A stretch of 63,992 bases of DNA, the filler included, from Diploschistes diacapsis (Eukaryota): assembly GCA_023645945.1 (NCBI GenBank). It is 7 parts of 7 records of this genome, joined end to end, with 100 filler letters (N's around TTAATTAATTAA, not from the genome) between each part and the next. Parts side by side here need not be neighbours in the genome. Positions count along the whole stretch, not along the records: positions 1 to 25,304 come from JALAIB010000214.1; 6 more parts are not named here. One strand, written 5' to 3'. Positions within the stretch are counted from its first letter, which is position 1. The number at the start of each line of letters is the position of its first letter. Under the pieces are notes generated by a model. It had not been told where the DNA came from. It ran no database searches and saw nothing but the letters and a program-made list of their open reading frames with translations. Below, in pieces: positions 1-13,173 of the stretch. The translations under genes were made by a program, and so were the position numbers.

Positions 1-1783
1 AATAACTTCATTTTTTAAATAATTGAAATTATATAATAAAAAAATTAAAAATATTTATAATTTTATGTGATTTATATATATGTTAAGATACCGCGGGTGC
101 GCGAGAGTCACCTACCCTATTAAGCTTAAAGGGGTAAAAAAAATTAATTTCCGTCAGAATAACTACGCCCCGTTGATAAGGTTCCCATCTAAAAGCGTAC
201 CTATCATCTTCGGTATTGTCTTTGGTATCGAACAGCATTCATTACCCTTCTCATCGGTCTGGATTACCGTTCAAATGTGCGTTCCGATCAACCTGAATTC
301 GCTAGGACTCTTTCAGACTTCAAAAGAAGGTGTGCGAAGCTACTGCTTTATTTCTTTATGTAGGAAGTCTCAGCAGTGATGGTCACGATTGGTAACTGCA
401 TGACCAGGAGCCTATATGCGACCCCAAAGATGCAGACTAACTACAGCAGCGACTTTAGCTAATTGATAACGAGCAATTGGCGCTGCATAGGGTGATTGGC
501 GTCACCTCAACCGCAAATAAATGTTCTTGGATAACAACAGCATTGCAGGTACTTCATAAGCGCCCCAAAGGACTTCTCGGTACGCCCAGCGCCCCGTCTT
601 TGAGGTTTCTCCTTCTACGAATGTTAGTAAGGCTTTCGCATACATGATGTATTCCAATTCACCCGCCATGTTCAAGCAGGCGTTGGAGACTGGCATTGCT
701 AGAGCGCTATGGTTCAATAGATTAAACGGCATGCCGAATTAATCTTGTTAAGCGGATATTTTCTCCTATTAGTGAATGTGCGTCTCTGTAGGTGGTGCGG
801 CTAGTTACCAATTTCTTCAAGGGAGTCAGTGCTAGATGTTCAACTATCGCTAATGCTTATACACTTTAGGTACGCATCAAAATTAGCTGGTCCTTCCGAC
901 GCTTGCTATGAGCCGATAACTTCCAGTATGGGCAGCTTTGTCCTACTCTATCGGCCCTGGCTTATGCATCTCCCCCAAGCCTGATGCTTGCAACATGTAC
1001 TTGTCTGTTCGCAACCTAAGCTCAGGTTTCTGCGGCCAAGGAACGGTCGGCAGCTGCCCTCGCTGTTTGCAAGCGTCCATAACATCGTCCCCAAACTTGG
1101 CGGTGGTGGTCTGCACAGGCCGATGACTTGAAAGACGGCTTGAAGGACCGTGCGGCCTTAGTAAAGCTACAAATCGACTTCAGCAGGCAAGATGGGTTAG
1201 TGCTTAGCAGGATATGCTGGAGATGCCACAGGTGTAGGCATGTTGGGGGTAATTTCCGGATGTCCTAAGCATGTATCTGCTTTTCGGCCAGAGGCAATTA
1301 CCTAATGATCAATTTATTCCTTTCGGTTTAAGGTTCTTGGTGTCGCTCGGACGAAATATCATTGTCAGCGTTCAATATTATTTATTGTAAGGGGAAGATA
1401 TAGACAAAAGCACTTACTTCTAGGGCGATCTTTTGTGGCGCCCTATAAGCAACCCCTTATGAATACTGCATTTTAAGCGATTTAGAACTTGATTCCGTCA
1501 TAAAGCCGTAATAGGGCTTATGCTGCCGACAACCGCGCCTATTGATTTACGGACCCGAACACGGATATTCGGCATAAGGAAGGGAGGAATCCTTATGATG
1601 GAGTTCTCGCTGTTATTAAAAGCAGGTATCCCATGCGCGAGGCATTCTTGTACTCGACTTACAGAACCCGCTCCATATTGATACAAGTCTTAATATAACA
1701 TTATTGTAGAGCGGCAGCAAGTTAATCACGTGTCTCGCCTGAGCTACTTTCCACTCCGTTTGCAGCACCGTTGACGATTCACA

Positions 1784-2887
1784 ATGTCAGGATCCAGTGA
1801 CACCATTCCCTTGCCCCCAGGGCTCCTGGGTCCCGGCTGCACATACCTGCGGCCTGAGCTCTCCGACATGAAAGTCATCGGCGCCGAAGAGCACATCACC
1901 TTTCCGGAGCTGATGGATCGCATCCCAAAGGAGGGCGCCGCGGCCCACGCCATGGAGGTATTCCAAGGCATTTCCAGCTACCATCCCTTTGCCTACGCAG
2001 ACGGCCGCGTAGACAACGCCGGTGCGCAACGCATCAAAGACATGGACGAAGGCGGCATCTCCGTGCAAATCCTCTCATTCACCGGGCCCATCAACACGAC
2101 CTTCATGGAGCCTCAAGCCGGCCTGGAAGTCGCGCAGGCCATCAACAATGAGCTCAAGAAAGCCGCGGACAGCCATGGGGGCCGCCTGTTCCCCCTCGCC
2201 GAGCTTCCCTTCCAAGACCCCCAGCTCGCCATTCAGGAGCTCCGCCGCTGCGTGCAAGAGCTTGGTTTTGTAGGCGCTATGCTCGCCGGCTCCGTCGGCG
2301 GGACGGGCCTCTGCCTTGACGACCCGCGCTTCGACCCGTTGCTCGCCTGCTTCGAGGAGCTCGATGTGCCGCTGTACCTGCACCCCAACATTGTGCCCAA
2401 GGCCGTCTACGACACGCTGTACACCATCCCCGGCAAAGCCGGGCTGAGCTCCTTGCTTGCGGGCCCCGGCTGGGGCTGGCACAGCGAGGCCGCGACGCAC
2501 ACGTTGCGGCTCGCGATCTCAGGCACGCTAGACCGGCACCCACGGCTGAAGGTCATCTTGGGTCACGCCGGCGAGATGATGCCGGCCCTGATGCACCGCT
2601 TCGACGTCATGTTTGACCGGGAGGAGTTCGGACTGCAGCGGACGGTGGGTGAGATGCTGCGGAGCCAGGTGTGGCTGTCGATTTCAGGGGTCTTTTGTGC
2701 GCCGCCGACGATGATTGCGATTCAGGCGTGGGGCGTGGATCGGATATTGTTTGGGAACGATTATCCGTATGTTGACGCGCAGAGCGTGCCGATGTTTTTG
2801 AAGGGGCTGGGGGATGTGGTGGCACCGAGCGATTTGAGGAAGATCTGTCAGACGAATGCTGAGAAGCTGTTTAAGATCAAGGCATAG
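1784..2887 (+). CDS. Amidohydrolase_2 family protein (aromatic acid decarboxylase/ACMSD-like), intronless
   Basis: 367-aa ORF with family motifs MKVIGAEEH, RIKDMDEGGISVQILS, PLYLHP, LGHAGE, DRILFGNDYPY. Confidence 0.9.
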   Translation: MSGSSDTIPLPPGLLGPGCTYLRPELSDMKVIGAEEHITFPELMDRIPKEGAAAHAMEVFQGISSYHPFAYADGRVDNAGAQRIKDMDEGGISVQILSFTGPINTTFMEPQAGLEVAQAINNELKKAADSHGGRLFPLAELPFQDPQLAIQELRRCVQELGFVGAMLAGSVGGTGLCLDDPRFDPLLACFEELDVPLYLHPNIVPKAVYDTLYTIPGKAGLSSLLAGPGWGWHSEAATHTLRLAISGTLDRHPRLKVILGHAGEMMPALMHRFDVMFDREEFGLQRTVGEMLRSQVWLSISGVFCAPPTMIAIQAWGVDRILFGNDYPYVDAQSVPMFLKGLGDVVAPSDLRKICQTNAEKLFKIKA

Positions 2888-4746
2888 GAGAGTGGGTGGT
2901 GGAAAGGAATGCTTGGGACTTGTTTTTGGCAAATGGCTTTGCGCTGCTTCTTTATATTTGTACTCACTCATACCCCCCCCATAAGGTGCGCAAACCTGTT
3001 ATCATCTTCAACTTCAAGCCCGAAACTCTTTTCCTTGCCTTCTCGTCTCCACGAACATGGCATTCCCGCCCAGTATTTATACTGTATCGGATCCTATCGT
3101 TCTTTCCCACCCCAATGAATCCCTCACCAAGCCCACGATCCTACCTCAAAGCCCTTCGTCTTAGCAGACGACAACAGTATAGTAAACTCCGACCAGGCCA
3201 ACAGTGTCCATCCTCTTACTCACAGAATACTGGCTGCATCCCAGCCTGGCTTTGACCCCACCATAGAGGAGGAATATTCTCTCCCGTCTCCAAGGACTCA
3301 CACGCTTTACCCTTGGGCTAGGCCAGAAACAGCAGCGACATATTCCCGAAAACGGCTAGCAAGCCTTGCTCTCCCATCATCCCCCTCTCATGGCCCTCAG
3401 CGTCAGCTTCACCTTAAGAGTAGGGGTTCTGTCGCGACGCGAGCCAAGCTTGCATCAAACAATACTACAAGAAAACGCATGTTGCGCGAAAAGCCTCGGA
3501 TATCGCTCGATACTCCCCGATCCAAGCCCTGGGCAAGATACCATGCTGCTGGATGCCGAGTATCTGGCTACAGTGAGGAGAGGGGGGCGTGTGGTATGTG
3601 CTATGCGACCGCCACCCAAAAGTTCAATATTGATTTACAGCGTACACGGTATCGAATTCGGTCTCTAGTCGTGTTTACTCCGAGTGGAGAAAGACAAGAG
3701 GAAGGGAAGTCGTGCACAGGGGCCGTAATCATCTAATCGTGATGCAACAACGATATACATGTCAGCCAAAGGACGGGGAGTAGGTATGAAGTAGCTTGAA
3801 TTGTCGTCCTTGTTTTTTCTTTGGCGAGAAGAGGGTGCAGCGGTGCTGTTTGATTGCTTGCTTTGCTTCCTTGCTGCTTTACCTCAACGCAGCATATCGG
3901 CTCTGATGAGCTAGCTCCATCTCGAATGTGGGCGTAGAGCTCGAGAGCCACTTGATGCGAAAGTAACGAAGACCCGGAACGAAGTGGGATGGAGGATATT
4001 GCTTTTCTGGAGAAGGCGTTGGTCCAATTGTGGGAATAGTGTACCAAAGGATTTACACCAAGATGACGTTGGAAGAGAATAGGGATTCTATCGGTCTACC
4101 ATATATGTACCTCAAACGCAATCTCAGCTACGAGAATCGGACATTTTGGCAAGGAACTAGTAGAGGCTATGGCGATTCTTGTGGCCTAATTGAGTAAGGG
4201 GTATGACAGTGTACACTTGGACGGAATGCAGACTATCGCCATGGATCCTCGACGGACTCGTACAGTCATAGGCGCACAATACCCTATCAAAGGAGTGGCT
4301 GCCTTCAAGGCAGTGGCATGCATGCACAGTATCTGTTTCAAATCTTTCATTGTCTTTTATACAGTGTATCGCCCGTTCAACATGTGTGAAGCGACGAGTA
4401 TTCCTTCGTGCTTCGTGCTTGATTCTCGCATGTCCACCCAAACCTCTAGCCTTTCACAGTCCTAGGCGTGCGATAATCAGCTTTGCTGTAGCAAGCAACT
4501 CATAGCCGTCCATCGTCTCTTTAGTTTGCGGAGTTTCTAATACAATCATCGAAGTAAGGAGGCATGGAAAAACTGCTCCAAAGGCCTCATTCCAGCAAAG
4601 CGGAGCAAATTCCATTTCCACCGAAGCTCCAATCGCTTGATTCATCTTCATTACATAATGTTTGCAAAAGGAAAGGAAAGGGATATCTTATGAATCGAAA
4701 AAGAGCGGCATGCAGGCAAAAAAGGGGATTGGTCAAAGTGATTCTG

Positions 4747-7700
4747 TTAGTCGCCATTATCCATCATCGAGCTATCCCCATTGGTGTCATTGGTAGAAGC
4801 TGCAGCGGAGTTGAACGTGATCTTGAGCCTCTGCCCTCCGGTACCCGAGGTTATCGGTGTGGCTGCGCCGGACACGCCAGCCGTAGATGCGCCATCGCGA
4901 GGTGTGCTAATGCTATCAGCACCACTTTCCCAAGCCTGCCATTCCGGCTTGTCCGCCGTTTCTGATCGGAGCTTGTTGATGGCGGCAGTCTAAGGAATAT
5001 TTAGCGGATTTAAATGCAAAAACAAGGACTCGAGCTTACCTCTATCAGATTCGCATCCCGGAACAAGATACTGCCATCCTCGTTATATGTCCGACAATTT
5101 TGGCAAAGAAGACGAATGTCAGCCATGAAATCCCTGAGACTCTGATACTCGTTGCGATTGATCTTCTTCTGTATGTGCTCCATGGCAATGGGATGCTGTA
5201 TGATCATGTAGTAATCGGGGAATGACACTTTCGGAACCAGTTTGACAAATGGATCAATAATACCACGAGTCACCGGCTCTCCATCCTCATCCAGCGGCTC
5301 GCCCGGTATAGCTTCCTCTAGATCATTCAATGTTTCGTAAACGTTGTTCACGACCTTTTGGATAGTGGATCGATCTGCTGGCGACAAAGTCTCAACAGGT
5401 TTAGCTGCCCGACCACGCTTCTTCTTCTGCGGGGCCTCCTCTGGCTCCTCCTCGGCTTTGCGTTTAGCAACAGTAGACTTCCTACCGCGCTTTTTGGGTT
5501 GAGGTTCCTCTGAGCTATGGCGGGATGGCTCTGGTGAGCTCTCGGCTCCGCCGGCAACGCGAGCGCGTTTCTCTTTGTTGGTCTGACGCTTCTCAATGCG
5601 AGCATTCTTCCGAGCAATAGCGTCTTCGATAGTGTCTTCGTCATCATCAACAGCCATCAGCCATTGCTCCTCGGTCAGTCCGTCGTCGTATTTGACGCGA
5701 GTCCTCTCTCGAGCTCCACGACCCACGTACTCCTCGACCTCTTCTTGTGCAGGTGGGTCATCATTCAAATAAATGTCTGGCAGCTCGTCTTCACCCATGA
5801 GGCGTCCCTTCTTCTTTCCGATTCCATAGAGAGGGTCATTCGCACGATCCTTGTCGAGCTGTTCGAATAATATCAGCTCGTCCTTGGACCGGGCCATGTT
5901 AGCATTGAGGTCCGCATCGTCCATCTCCTCTTGTTCAGCGAACGCGTCCGTCTCCTCTGTAGCGTCAAGCAAAGTCCTGAGAAGATTTTCTCGCTCTTCG
6001 TTGGTCGATTTATTATCGAACCTTCCGGCTTGGATGACTTTCCCGTCCATGTCGAGCTTGAATCTCGCACGTTCTAAAATCTTCTCCTCTACAGAGTTCG
6101 AGCTGATCAAACGTAAGATTCTGACCTCGTTCTTCTGGCCAATACGATGGGCACGATCTTGGGCTTGCAAATCTTGGTGAGGGTTCCAATCGGAATCATA
6201 TATGATCACAGTGTCCGCAGTCTGCAAGTTCAGACCCAGGCCACCTGCACGTGTCGACAGTAGAAAGCAAAAGTATTCTGAGCCTGGCGCGTTAAATTGC
6301 TTTAGCAGTTCTGACCGATCATCTGATTTTGTGGATCCGTCGAGCCGCAAGTACAACATGCCTCGTAGGCGTAAGAAATCTTCCATAATGTTCATGATCT
6401 GGGTCATTTGAAAGAACATCAAAACACGATGCCCAGTAGCCTTGAACTTTGGAAGGATCCGATCGAGCAACTCAAACTTTCCAGCAGTACGCCACAGAAG
6501 GTCGTTGTTCGTCTTGCCAGGATTGATTTGGTCCTCGACTTGCTCGAAAACGAAGGGGTGATTGCAGAGCTTTCGGAGTTGCATGAGCATGTTGGTAAGA
6601 CCGCGCATAGTGGTCTTTCCACCTTTCCCATCGCTGACGGAAAAAGACTGGTTGTTAACGAGCTGCGTGTAGAGCTTCGCCTGGAGAGCAGAGAACTTGC
6701 ATTTGATAACACGTTCTTGTTTATCAGGTAGTTCCTTCTCGACATCTTTCTTGAGACGACGCAACAAGAATGGCCGTAGAACCTTGTGCAAACGACGGAT
6801 CACAAGGAGCTGCTCTTCTTCAGTCAGATCCATTCGATCCTGGCCACCAGTGTTTGCGAATGGTGTATTGAACCATTCGTCGAATGACTTGACGGATTTG
6901 AAGATGGTTGGAAGAACAAAGTTGAGAAGAGCCCACAACTCTGGAAGGTTGTTCTGAAGGGGAGTTCCGGTAAGGATGAGTCGGTAGCGGGTATGGTAGT
7001 ACTGGGTGATTGTGCTGCTGAGCTTCGAGCCTGCGTTCTTCATACGATGACCTTCATCTACAATCATTTGCAACCACTTGATTTTACTCAGGTATGGCCG
7101 ATCCTTGATGACATACTCGTAAGTAGTAAGTAGTACTTGGAAGTTCCAGGACTTCAGTTGTGCTTGTTGTTGCTTTCGAACAGCGGGCGGACCCTTGTAG
7201 ACGATTCTCCTCACGGAGGGCGCCCACTTTTCAAATTCCAGGTTCCAATTAGTTAGAGTACTCAAAGGCACGACAACAATGAATGGTCCATCTTGTCCCT
7301 TCTTTTCGATAAGGTAGGTAATGAGCGAAATGGTTTGAATGGTTTTGCCCAGGCCCATCTCATCGGCAAGGATGCCGTTCAGATTGTTGTTGTAAAGGGA
7401 GATCATCCACTGGAGACCTTTGAGCTGGTACTCCTTCAAACTTCCTCCTACAAGCATGTTCGCCTGGGCTTTGACTTCTTCTTTGATTCTGTGAGCTACC
7501 TCGTAATAGTCAACCTTCGGACCGCCATCCTCGTCATCACTACCGCCAATATCGTCAATGGGAATGTCATCCTCGTCGTAGCGTTCTGCAGCGCTTCTTT
7601 GCTGCTCCTTGACGGAAGTAGCAAGCTGTTTCAGGAAGGAGTCCGTCTGACTTAGTAAATGGGTAATTCGTGAGTCTTTAGCTTGACCGAGAAGTTTCAG

Positions 7701-9153
7701 ATACGTCGCCTCGTCATCGTTCTTCAAAGCCTGAAGGCGTTGCTTGGCTGTTCGTTCTACCCGCTTCTGTTCCTCCTTTTCGACTTGCTGATGATATCCG
7801 GTCAACCTACGAGAAACGTTCTGCGACCTGTTCCTTTGCGCCAGGAGTGCAGCCGAAATATCCAGCCTATGACGCTTGACTGCCTCATTCTGTTCCTCCT
7901 GCTTTTTCTTTTCTTTGTTTTCACGCGCACTCCGCTGCTGTTTTTCAAGCTTCTCTGTTGTCCGAGCTTCATCGATCGTAATCTTCTTCTGCCTCCGATA
8001 GAAAGATCGATTCGCAGTTTGGGCAAGGTTGTCAAAGTGGAGAATGTTCTGGCTAATCTTCTGGCGAAGCGCGCGCTGCTTTGGAAGCAAGCAAAGCTTT
8101 TTATATTCGATCAAAGCCGCTCGTTTGAGAGTATCCTGGTTCATCGGACTATTCGGCTCACTGAGATCTTTCAAGGCAATGTTCGACGGAATGTTCTCCA
8201 ACTCGGTTATTCGATTTTGAATTTGGTTGTAGATGGATCTTTCCCGGTCCGCTCGCAGAACCCCCAGAGCATCTACATCAAGGCCGGCAGGCATGAGTGA
8301 GGGGATAAAGGCACGTCGGTGCCGCCTTGCGTGTTCACGATAGCTAATTTCGCCCCCGTTCCGAAGCAACTTTTGCGGAGTATCAAACTTATCGTACCAG
8401 TGCCGAGCGCTGTAAGATTTTGAAGGCTCAGGTCGAGGTTCTGCTGTTTCTGCTGTACCATCTAGCGTCGTAACTGAAGGCGTAGAGTCTTTCTCTTGTG
8501 TAGAAGGTCTTTTAGCTGGCTGGGGCAGTTGCAGCTGTTGCTGAACATTAAGCGGGACAGTTGAGCCTTTCGAGAGCATTTTGAATGCAAAGATTTGGAG
8601 GCGGAGGGTGTGGAGTTGATCCGGCGAAAAGATAGATGTTTGGGTCTTTGGCATGTTGCCAGGAGGTTTTGATGTTGACTGTCCATTAGTATTGACCGGC
8701 ATAGTAGATGTGCCATTTACAGCCTGGCCTGAGCACCCAGTTAGTGCTACAAAACCTGCGAAGCAGAACCAAAGGTTACCATTATTGACACCGTTTGTGC
8801 CAAGCGACCCATTTTGTCCATGTTGTTGCGCTTGAGCTTGGCGCGCCATTGCCAGTCGTGCTGCTTGCTGATCTTTCTGTGCCTTCTGTATCTTTTGTTG
8901 TTGACTCAAGTGCATAAGAATGGTTTGCATCTTCCTTAGTTCTGGGTCGTCGTCCCGCACACCCGACTCTTTTAGCTTTAGATACTTCTGGATGAGAAGT
9001 TAGTTAACAAATTAATCAAACGTGATGATTGCATACTTGGTACAGTTCTTCAGCGTTGGCCCGATTGATGGTGGTAGGTATAGCTCCATTAGGACCCAAG
9101 GCGACAGCACCAGGACCAGAGCCTATGATGGCTGGTTGCGCCATGTCAACCAT
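4747..9153 (-). CDS. STH1: SNF2-family chromatin-remodelling ATPase with QLQ, HSA and bromodomain (Sth1/Snf21-like), spliced
   Basis: LADEMGLGKT, DEGH, QAQDRAHRIGQ and bromodomain FPDYY..IQHPIAM. Short first exon ~9038-9153; last exon ~4747-4990 ends in TAA. Confidence 0.92.
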
Positions 9154-9838
9154 GTTGATTAGCGCGGCGATTTTATTGATGGATTTCAGTCACGGAAGAC
9201 GCGGAGAGATGATTCACTGCGGGAAGGGATTAGAGTCGTTGGGGGGTCAAAAAAAGATTGACCTCCGCGCCTCATACGAGGGCGTAGCAATTACTATTGT
9301 GCCCGCTGTGGCCGAATGCGCGTTCGGAAAGTGATTATTGATGGTCTTAGCATAAACGGAGATGGAGGGGCTCCGGGTTCATTGTGCTGGTGTGAGAGTC
9401 GATGCGAAGATTCGCTCTGGGAAAACCAATCCCTAGCGCTACTCAGCCCTACAGGGCTAGACAAGAATGAGGTTGCCAAGCAATGTGAGTACCAAGAGTG
9501 AATCTTGGTATTGGAAAGCCTATACGTATAGGGAGGGCACACTGTGCTCACAAAAGCACAAGACAATTGGTAGTATTCACGCCTCAACTCAAGTCATTCT
9601 CATTCATTCGTTTCTTATCAATAAGCTTCGTCTTGCCGGTAGGCATTATACATTGACTCTTCTGAAGTTCTACTGGGTGGAAACAAGGCTCATTCCGGCT
9701 ACGGAAGAAATTTGAATCAAGCAGGGTAATGGAATTCTCCAGAGCAACAGAAACCCAAATGCATGCAACAATTCGCAAGCTTCTTTCACGTGAGTGTCTT
9801 TCGATATCAAGTTATAATAGGTCCTAGGTCGAGTACCC

Positions 9839-11296
9839 TCACGTGTAGGAACTATTCGCAGCCCGCCGCATAGGTGGAGGCGGAGGCGGAGGTTTCTTAG
9901 CTCGGGAAGGAGGCGGAGGAGGTGGTGGCTTTTTGCCAGACAACGAGCTCAGTGTTCCAGCACTGAATGTTCGAGATGGGACGCTCCCGTAAGAAGAGGC
10001 GCCCGACTCGTCCTGAAGTCTGTCTGGACTGTTTGTATCGTTGCTGTAATACGTAGAGGCATCCGAATTATCAGCCGCGGTGTCTGTAGCCAGCCTTGAT
10101 ACTGATCGCAGTTGTGACCTTTGATTGCGAATGCTGAGCGAATCGCTCGGTACTCGATGCATACTATACAAAGAAGCAGGAGACGTATCCCTTGCCCGAG
10201 AAGACATGTCGTAGGTGGTGGCGCGATAGACTCCAGGACGGTTTGATCCGAAATCGCAGCCAGAGACTTCTTTTGCAGGGGACTGAGGGACACTGCCGCT
10301 AACGAGACGGTTTGGACGAATTGCTGGCCTTGGGGGTTGCGGTGGAGGTGCCTCGTTTTCTTCAGTGATGTGGTTGAATTGATCACGACCCGAACCACCC
10401 GTGTTCGACCTGGACCGCGTGTACCTCCGGCTTGGTTCATTTAGCCTGTCATGAATTAGAGTAGAGCGTGGTAGGGTTGAACGAAGATCATACCCAGCTG
10501 GCCAATCTCTCTTTAGCTGCATCAGAACTTCTCGGCAACGCTCATGGTAGCTCAGCTCTGCTTCAAGAAATTCCGTCAAATCTAGAACACTGTCCGACTC
10601 TGCTTCTTTGATATCCATCATCCTCCGGTACACATCTTCGGTAGCCTCGTCATATTTGGCCTTTTGAGACCTCAATTCTTCTTCCGAACGGAAGTCCTCT
10701 CGTTTTGCTTTCTCCATCTTGGCCGCGGCCGTGTCATAAGCAAGGCGGCGACTCTCCAACTTCTTCCTTGCAGCCTGCATCAAGTTAACTACCGATATCC
10801 CAGTTACAAAATGTATAGTCGAACGAACCGCATACTCCTTCATCTGCGCGACGGATCTTTCCAGAGAATCAAGCCAGCTCGATGAAGCTTTAGAAATATA
10901 CCCCTCTTCTATGCGCGCGATACGCTCGTTGCTTCGTCCCATGGCAATTAAGCACTGCCCAAATTCAGAGTCTGGCTCGAAATCTTCACCATGAGCCGCC
11001 ATGGCCGATCCCATCAATCCGATAGGCAAGACTTTGTCCTTCTCATCTCCTTCGCTTCGTTTCGAGATTGACTTTACATAGGCGTTCATCGCATTGTGAT
11101 TTGCTTTCATGCCTAGAAAAATCGAGTCAACGATTGTTGAGATGATTATGCGCGGATTGCTCAGCATACCATCATACCTCAGTCCCATCTCGATCTCCAG
11201 ACTTTTGAAGTCGTCTGATACTGTCGTTCTAACATCCCCTCCCATGCGTTCCCCAGCCCACTGCTTGAGCCTATCCAGTCTCTTGTTGACATTCAT
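9839..11296 (-). CDS. BAR-domain (endophilin-like) protein with proline-rich tail; 3 introns
   Basis: MNVNKRLDRLKQWAGERMGG, ARKKLESRRLAYD, C-terminal PPPPPPSRAKKPPPPPP. GT..AG introns at 11113-11169, 10775-10828, 10446-10493. Confidence 0.85.
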   Translation of the reverse strand: MNVNKRLDRLKQWAGERMGGDVRTTVSDDFKSLEIEMGLRYDGMLSNPRIIISTIVDSIFLGMKANHNAMNAYVKSISKRSEGDEKDKVLPIGLMGSAMAAHGEDFEPDSEFGQCLIAMGRSNERIARIEEGYISKASSSWLDSLERSVAQMKEYAVRSTIHFVTGISVVNLMQAARKKLESRRLAYDTAAAKMEKAKREDFRSEEELRSQKAKYDEATEDVYRRMMDIKEAESDSVLDLTEFLEAELSYHERCREVLMQLKRDWPAGYDLRSTLPRSTLIHDRLNEPSRRYTRSRSNTGGSGRDQFNHITEENEAPPPQPPRPAIRPNRLVSGSVPQSPAKEVSGCDFGSNRPGVYRATTYDMSSRARDTSPASLYSMHRVPSDSLSIRNQRSQLRSVSRLATDTAADNSDASTYYSNDTNSPDRLQDESGASSYGSVPSRTFSAGTLSSLSGKKPPPPPPPSRAKKPPPPPPPMRRAANSSYT

Positions 11297-12249
11297 GGTC
11301 ACGAGACCTGCCTAGCCACGGAAGTAATGGTCTAGGATATGACCCTGATATCAATAGTCCTGGAGTTGCCAATAGCTCAGAGGTGATGAAAAGAACAAAG
11401 AGGGTTGGCCCGTCGTCATGAGCAAAAGGAAACGAGATTGATGGGGAGTCAAACCCAATTGATGAGCAAGAAAAGAAAAAGGAAAACCAAAACAAGGGCG
11501 GCAATGATGATGCAATGAGAATTGAAAAGGATCTCTGAGACCTTTCCAAGTCTTGTAAATTTCCCAGGAACTCTACTCGCAGAGCAGATTCGTCTAACAA
11601 TCGAAAGGAGTGGATGCAGGGAAGAATACACCTTTTTAATACGTTGTTGTAAACTTCAACACCTGCCAAGCTCGGCGGACGCCACGAAATACAGAAGGTT
11701 CTTCAGCGCAAAGGAACGATCTCGAATCCCCCTATCCAATTTTGCTAACGGCGCAGACCTAAGTTTAGAACGGAGAGCTTTAGAGGCGCCCGTCATCCTG
11801 TCGATGTAGTCGCACTTGTCAGCAAATCATCCGCCCTCAAGCCATGCATGCATGAAACCCCGTCCAAACGCATTCGAGACATTTCCACGGTATCCAATTG
11901 TACTGACCAACCACTCTACAGTACTTGTTTCTTGTTTGCTGCAGGAGATCTAAATTTGCACACCATTTTCTTTCATGATGAGGCTCAGAAAAGATCAAGG
12001 TTATCACTTTCTCGGCATCTACATTGATCAATCGACTGCAACTGCTTGTAATCTCTCGAGTATGGACTTCATCGATTATGCTCGGCCTTTAGGGTCGAAA
12101 CACGATTCCTTGATGATCAATGCGCATAGCATGAGGTTGAAATGATTTAATTGAGCACGAATGATCCATTGAGCTCCTATTTGAAGTTCCAAGATCCGTT
12201 CAAGTCCCTCACGACACCATTACTTCCTATAGGCGTAATGCTAAAAGAA

Positions 12250-13173
12250 TCACTCTTTTGTCTTCTGAGTACCACGCAACAGACCCGTCCTCCGTGCTGC
12301 AATAAGACCAGCCTTTTGACCTTGTGCTGCGTACCGAGAGATTGTAGAGGCTTTACCGATATGTTGATGGTTACCACCACCGTGAGGCTACGGACGGGTT
12401 AGCAATCATATACCTGAGCCGAACAGTCCAAGGGGCATACATGATCAACTGGGTTCATAGCAACACCACGAGTCTTGGGCCATGAATTGCGCTTGACAGC
12501 AAACTTGTGTTTAGCACGAGATGCCTCTGTAAGAGATAATCAGCATTCGACTTCGCTGGAAACGCACTGGTAGCACGAACTTAGCAAGGGCTTGTCAGTT
12601 CGTCCACCTCCAGCAACGATTCCAACCATCCCTCGAGCAGAGCTCTTCACAACCTTCTTAGCACCACTGGGAAGCTTGACTCTGGTCTTGCCCTCATCCG
12701 GGTTGTGTCCAATGACCGTGACATAGTTTCCAGATGTGCGTCCGAGAGCACCACGATCCCCAACCTTCTCTTCGACATTGGTTACCACAGTACCTTCGGG
12801 AACAGAACCGAGCGGGAGGACATTGCCGACGGTAAGAGCAGCGTGCTTGCCAGCGTAGATGAATTGGCCAGTGTACATGCCCTCGTTGGCAATGAAGGTC
12901 TCCTTATGTGTCTTAAATCTGTATGGGTCGCGGAAAACCACTTTGGCTAGGGGGGCACCACGTCCAGGATCGTGAATTATTTCCTTCACCACACCTCTTA
13001 TGTAGCCGTGCCGTTCAGCGTAATCTAGAGTCCTAAATTGTGCTGGCGCCTTGTTCAATCGAGTATGGGCCGCTGCGCGCTCTTGTGAGTGGAAGCTCAT
13101 AGCTGCGCGGTATACCTGGCTTACTGAATATTGATCCACGACCTTTCCTCTGATTGCGAATTACACGACCCAT
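12250..13173 (-). CDS. RPL2: 60S ribosomal protein L2 (uL2), spliced; extra intron in the 5' UTR
   Basis: [16 protein letters not shown]..., [21 protein letters not shown], ...[19 protein letters not shown]. Confidence 0.97.

Noticed and set aside
2900..4700. Short ORFs between the amidohydrolase and STH1 (also 80-1700 and 33400-34400)
   Set aside because: No recognisable domain or consistent exon structure; could be old gene relics but cannot be supported
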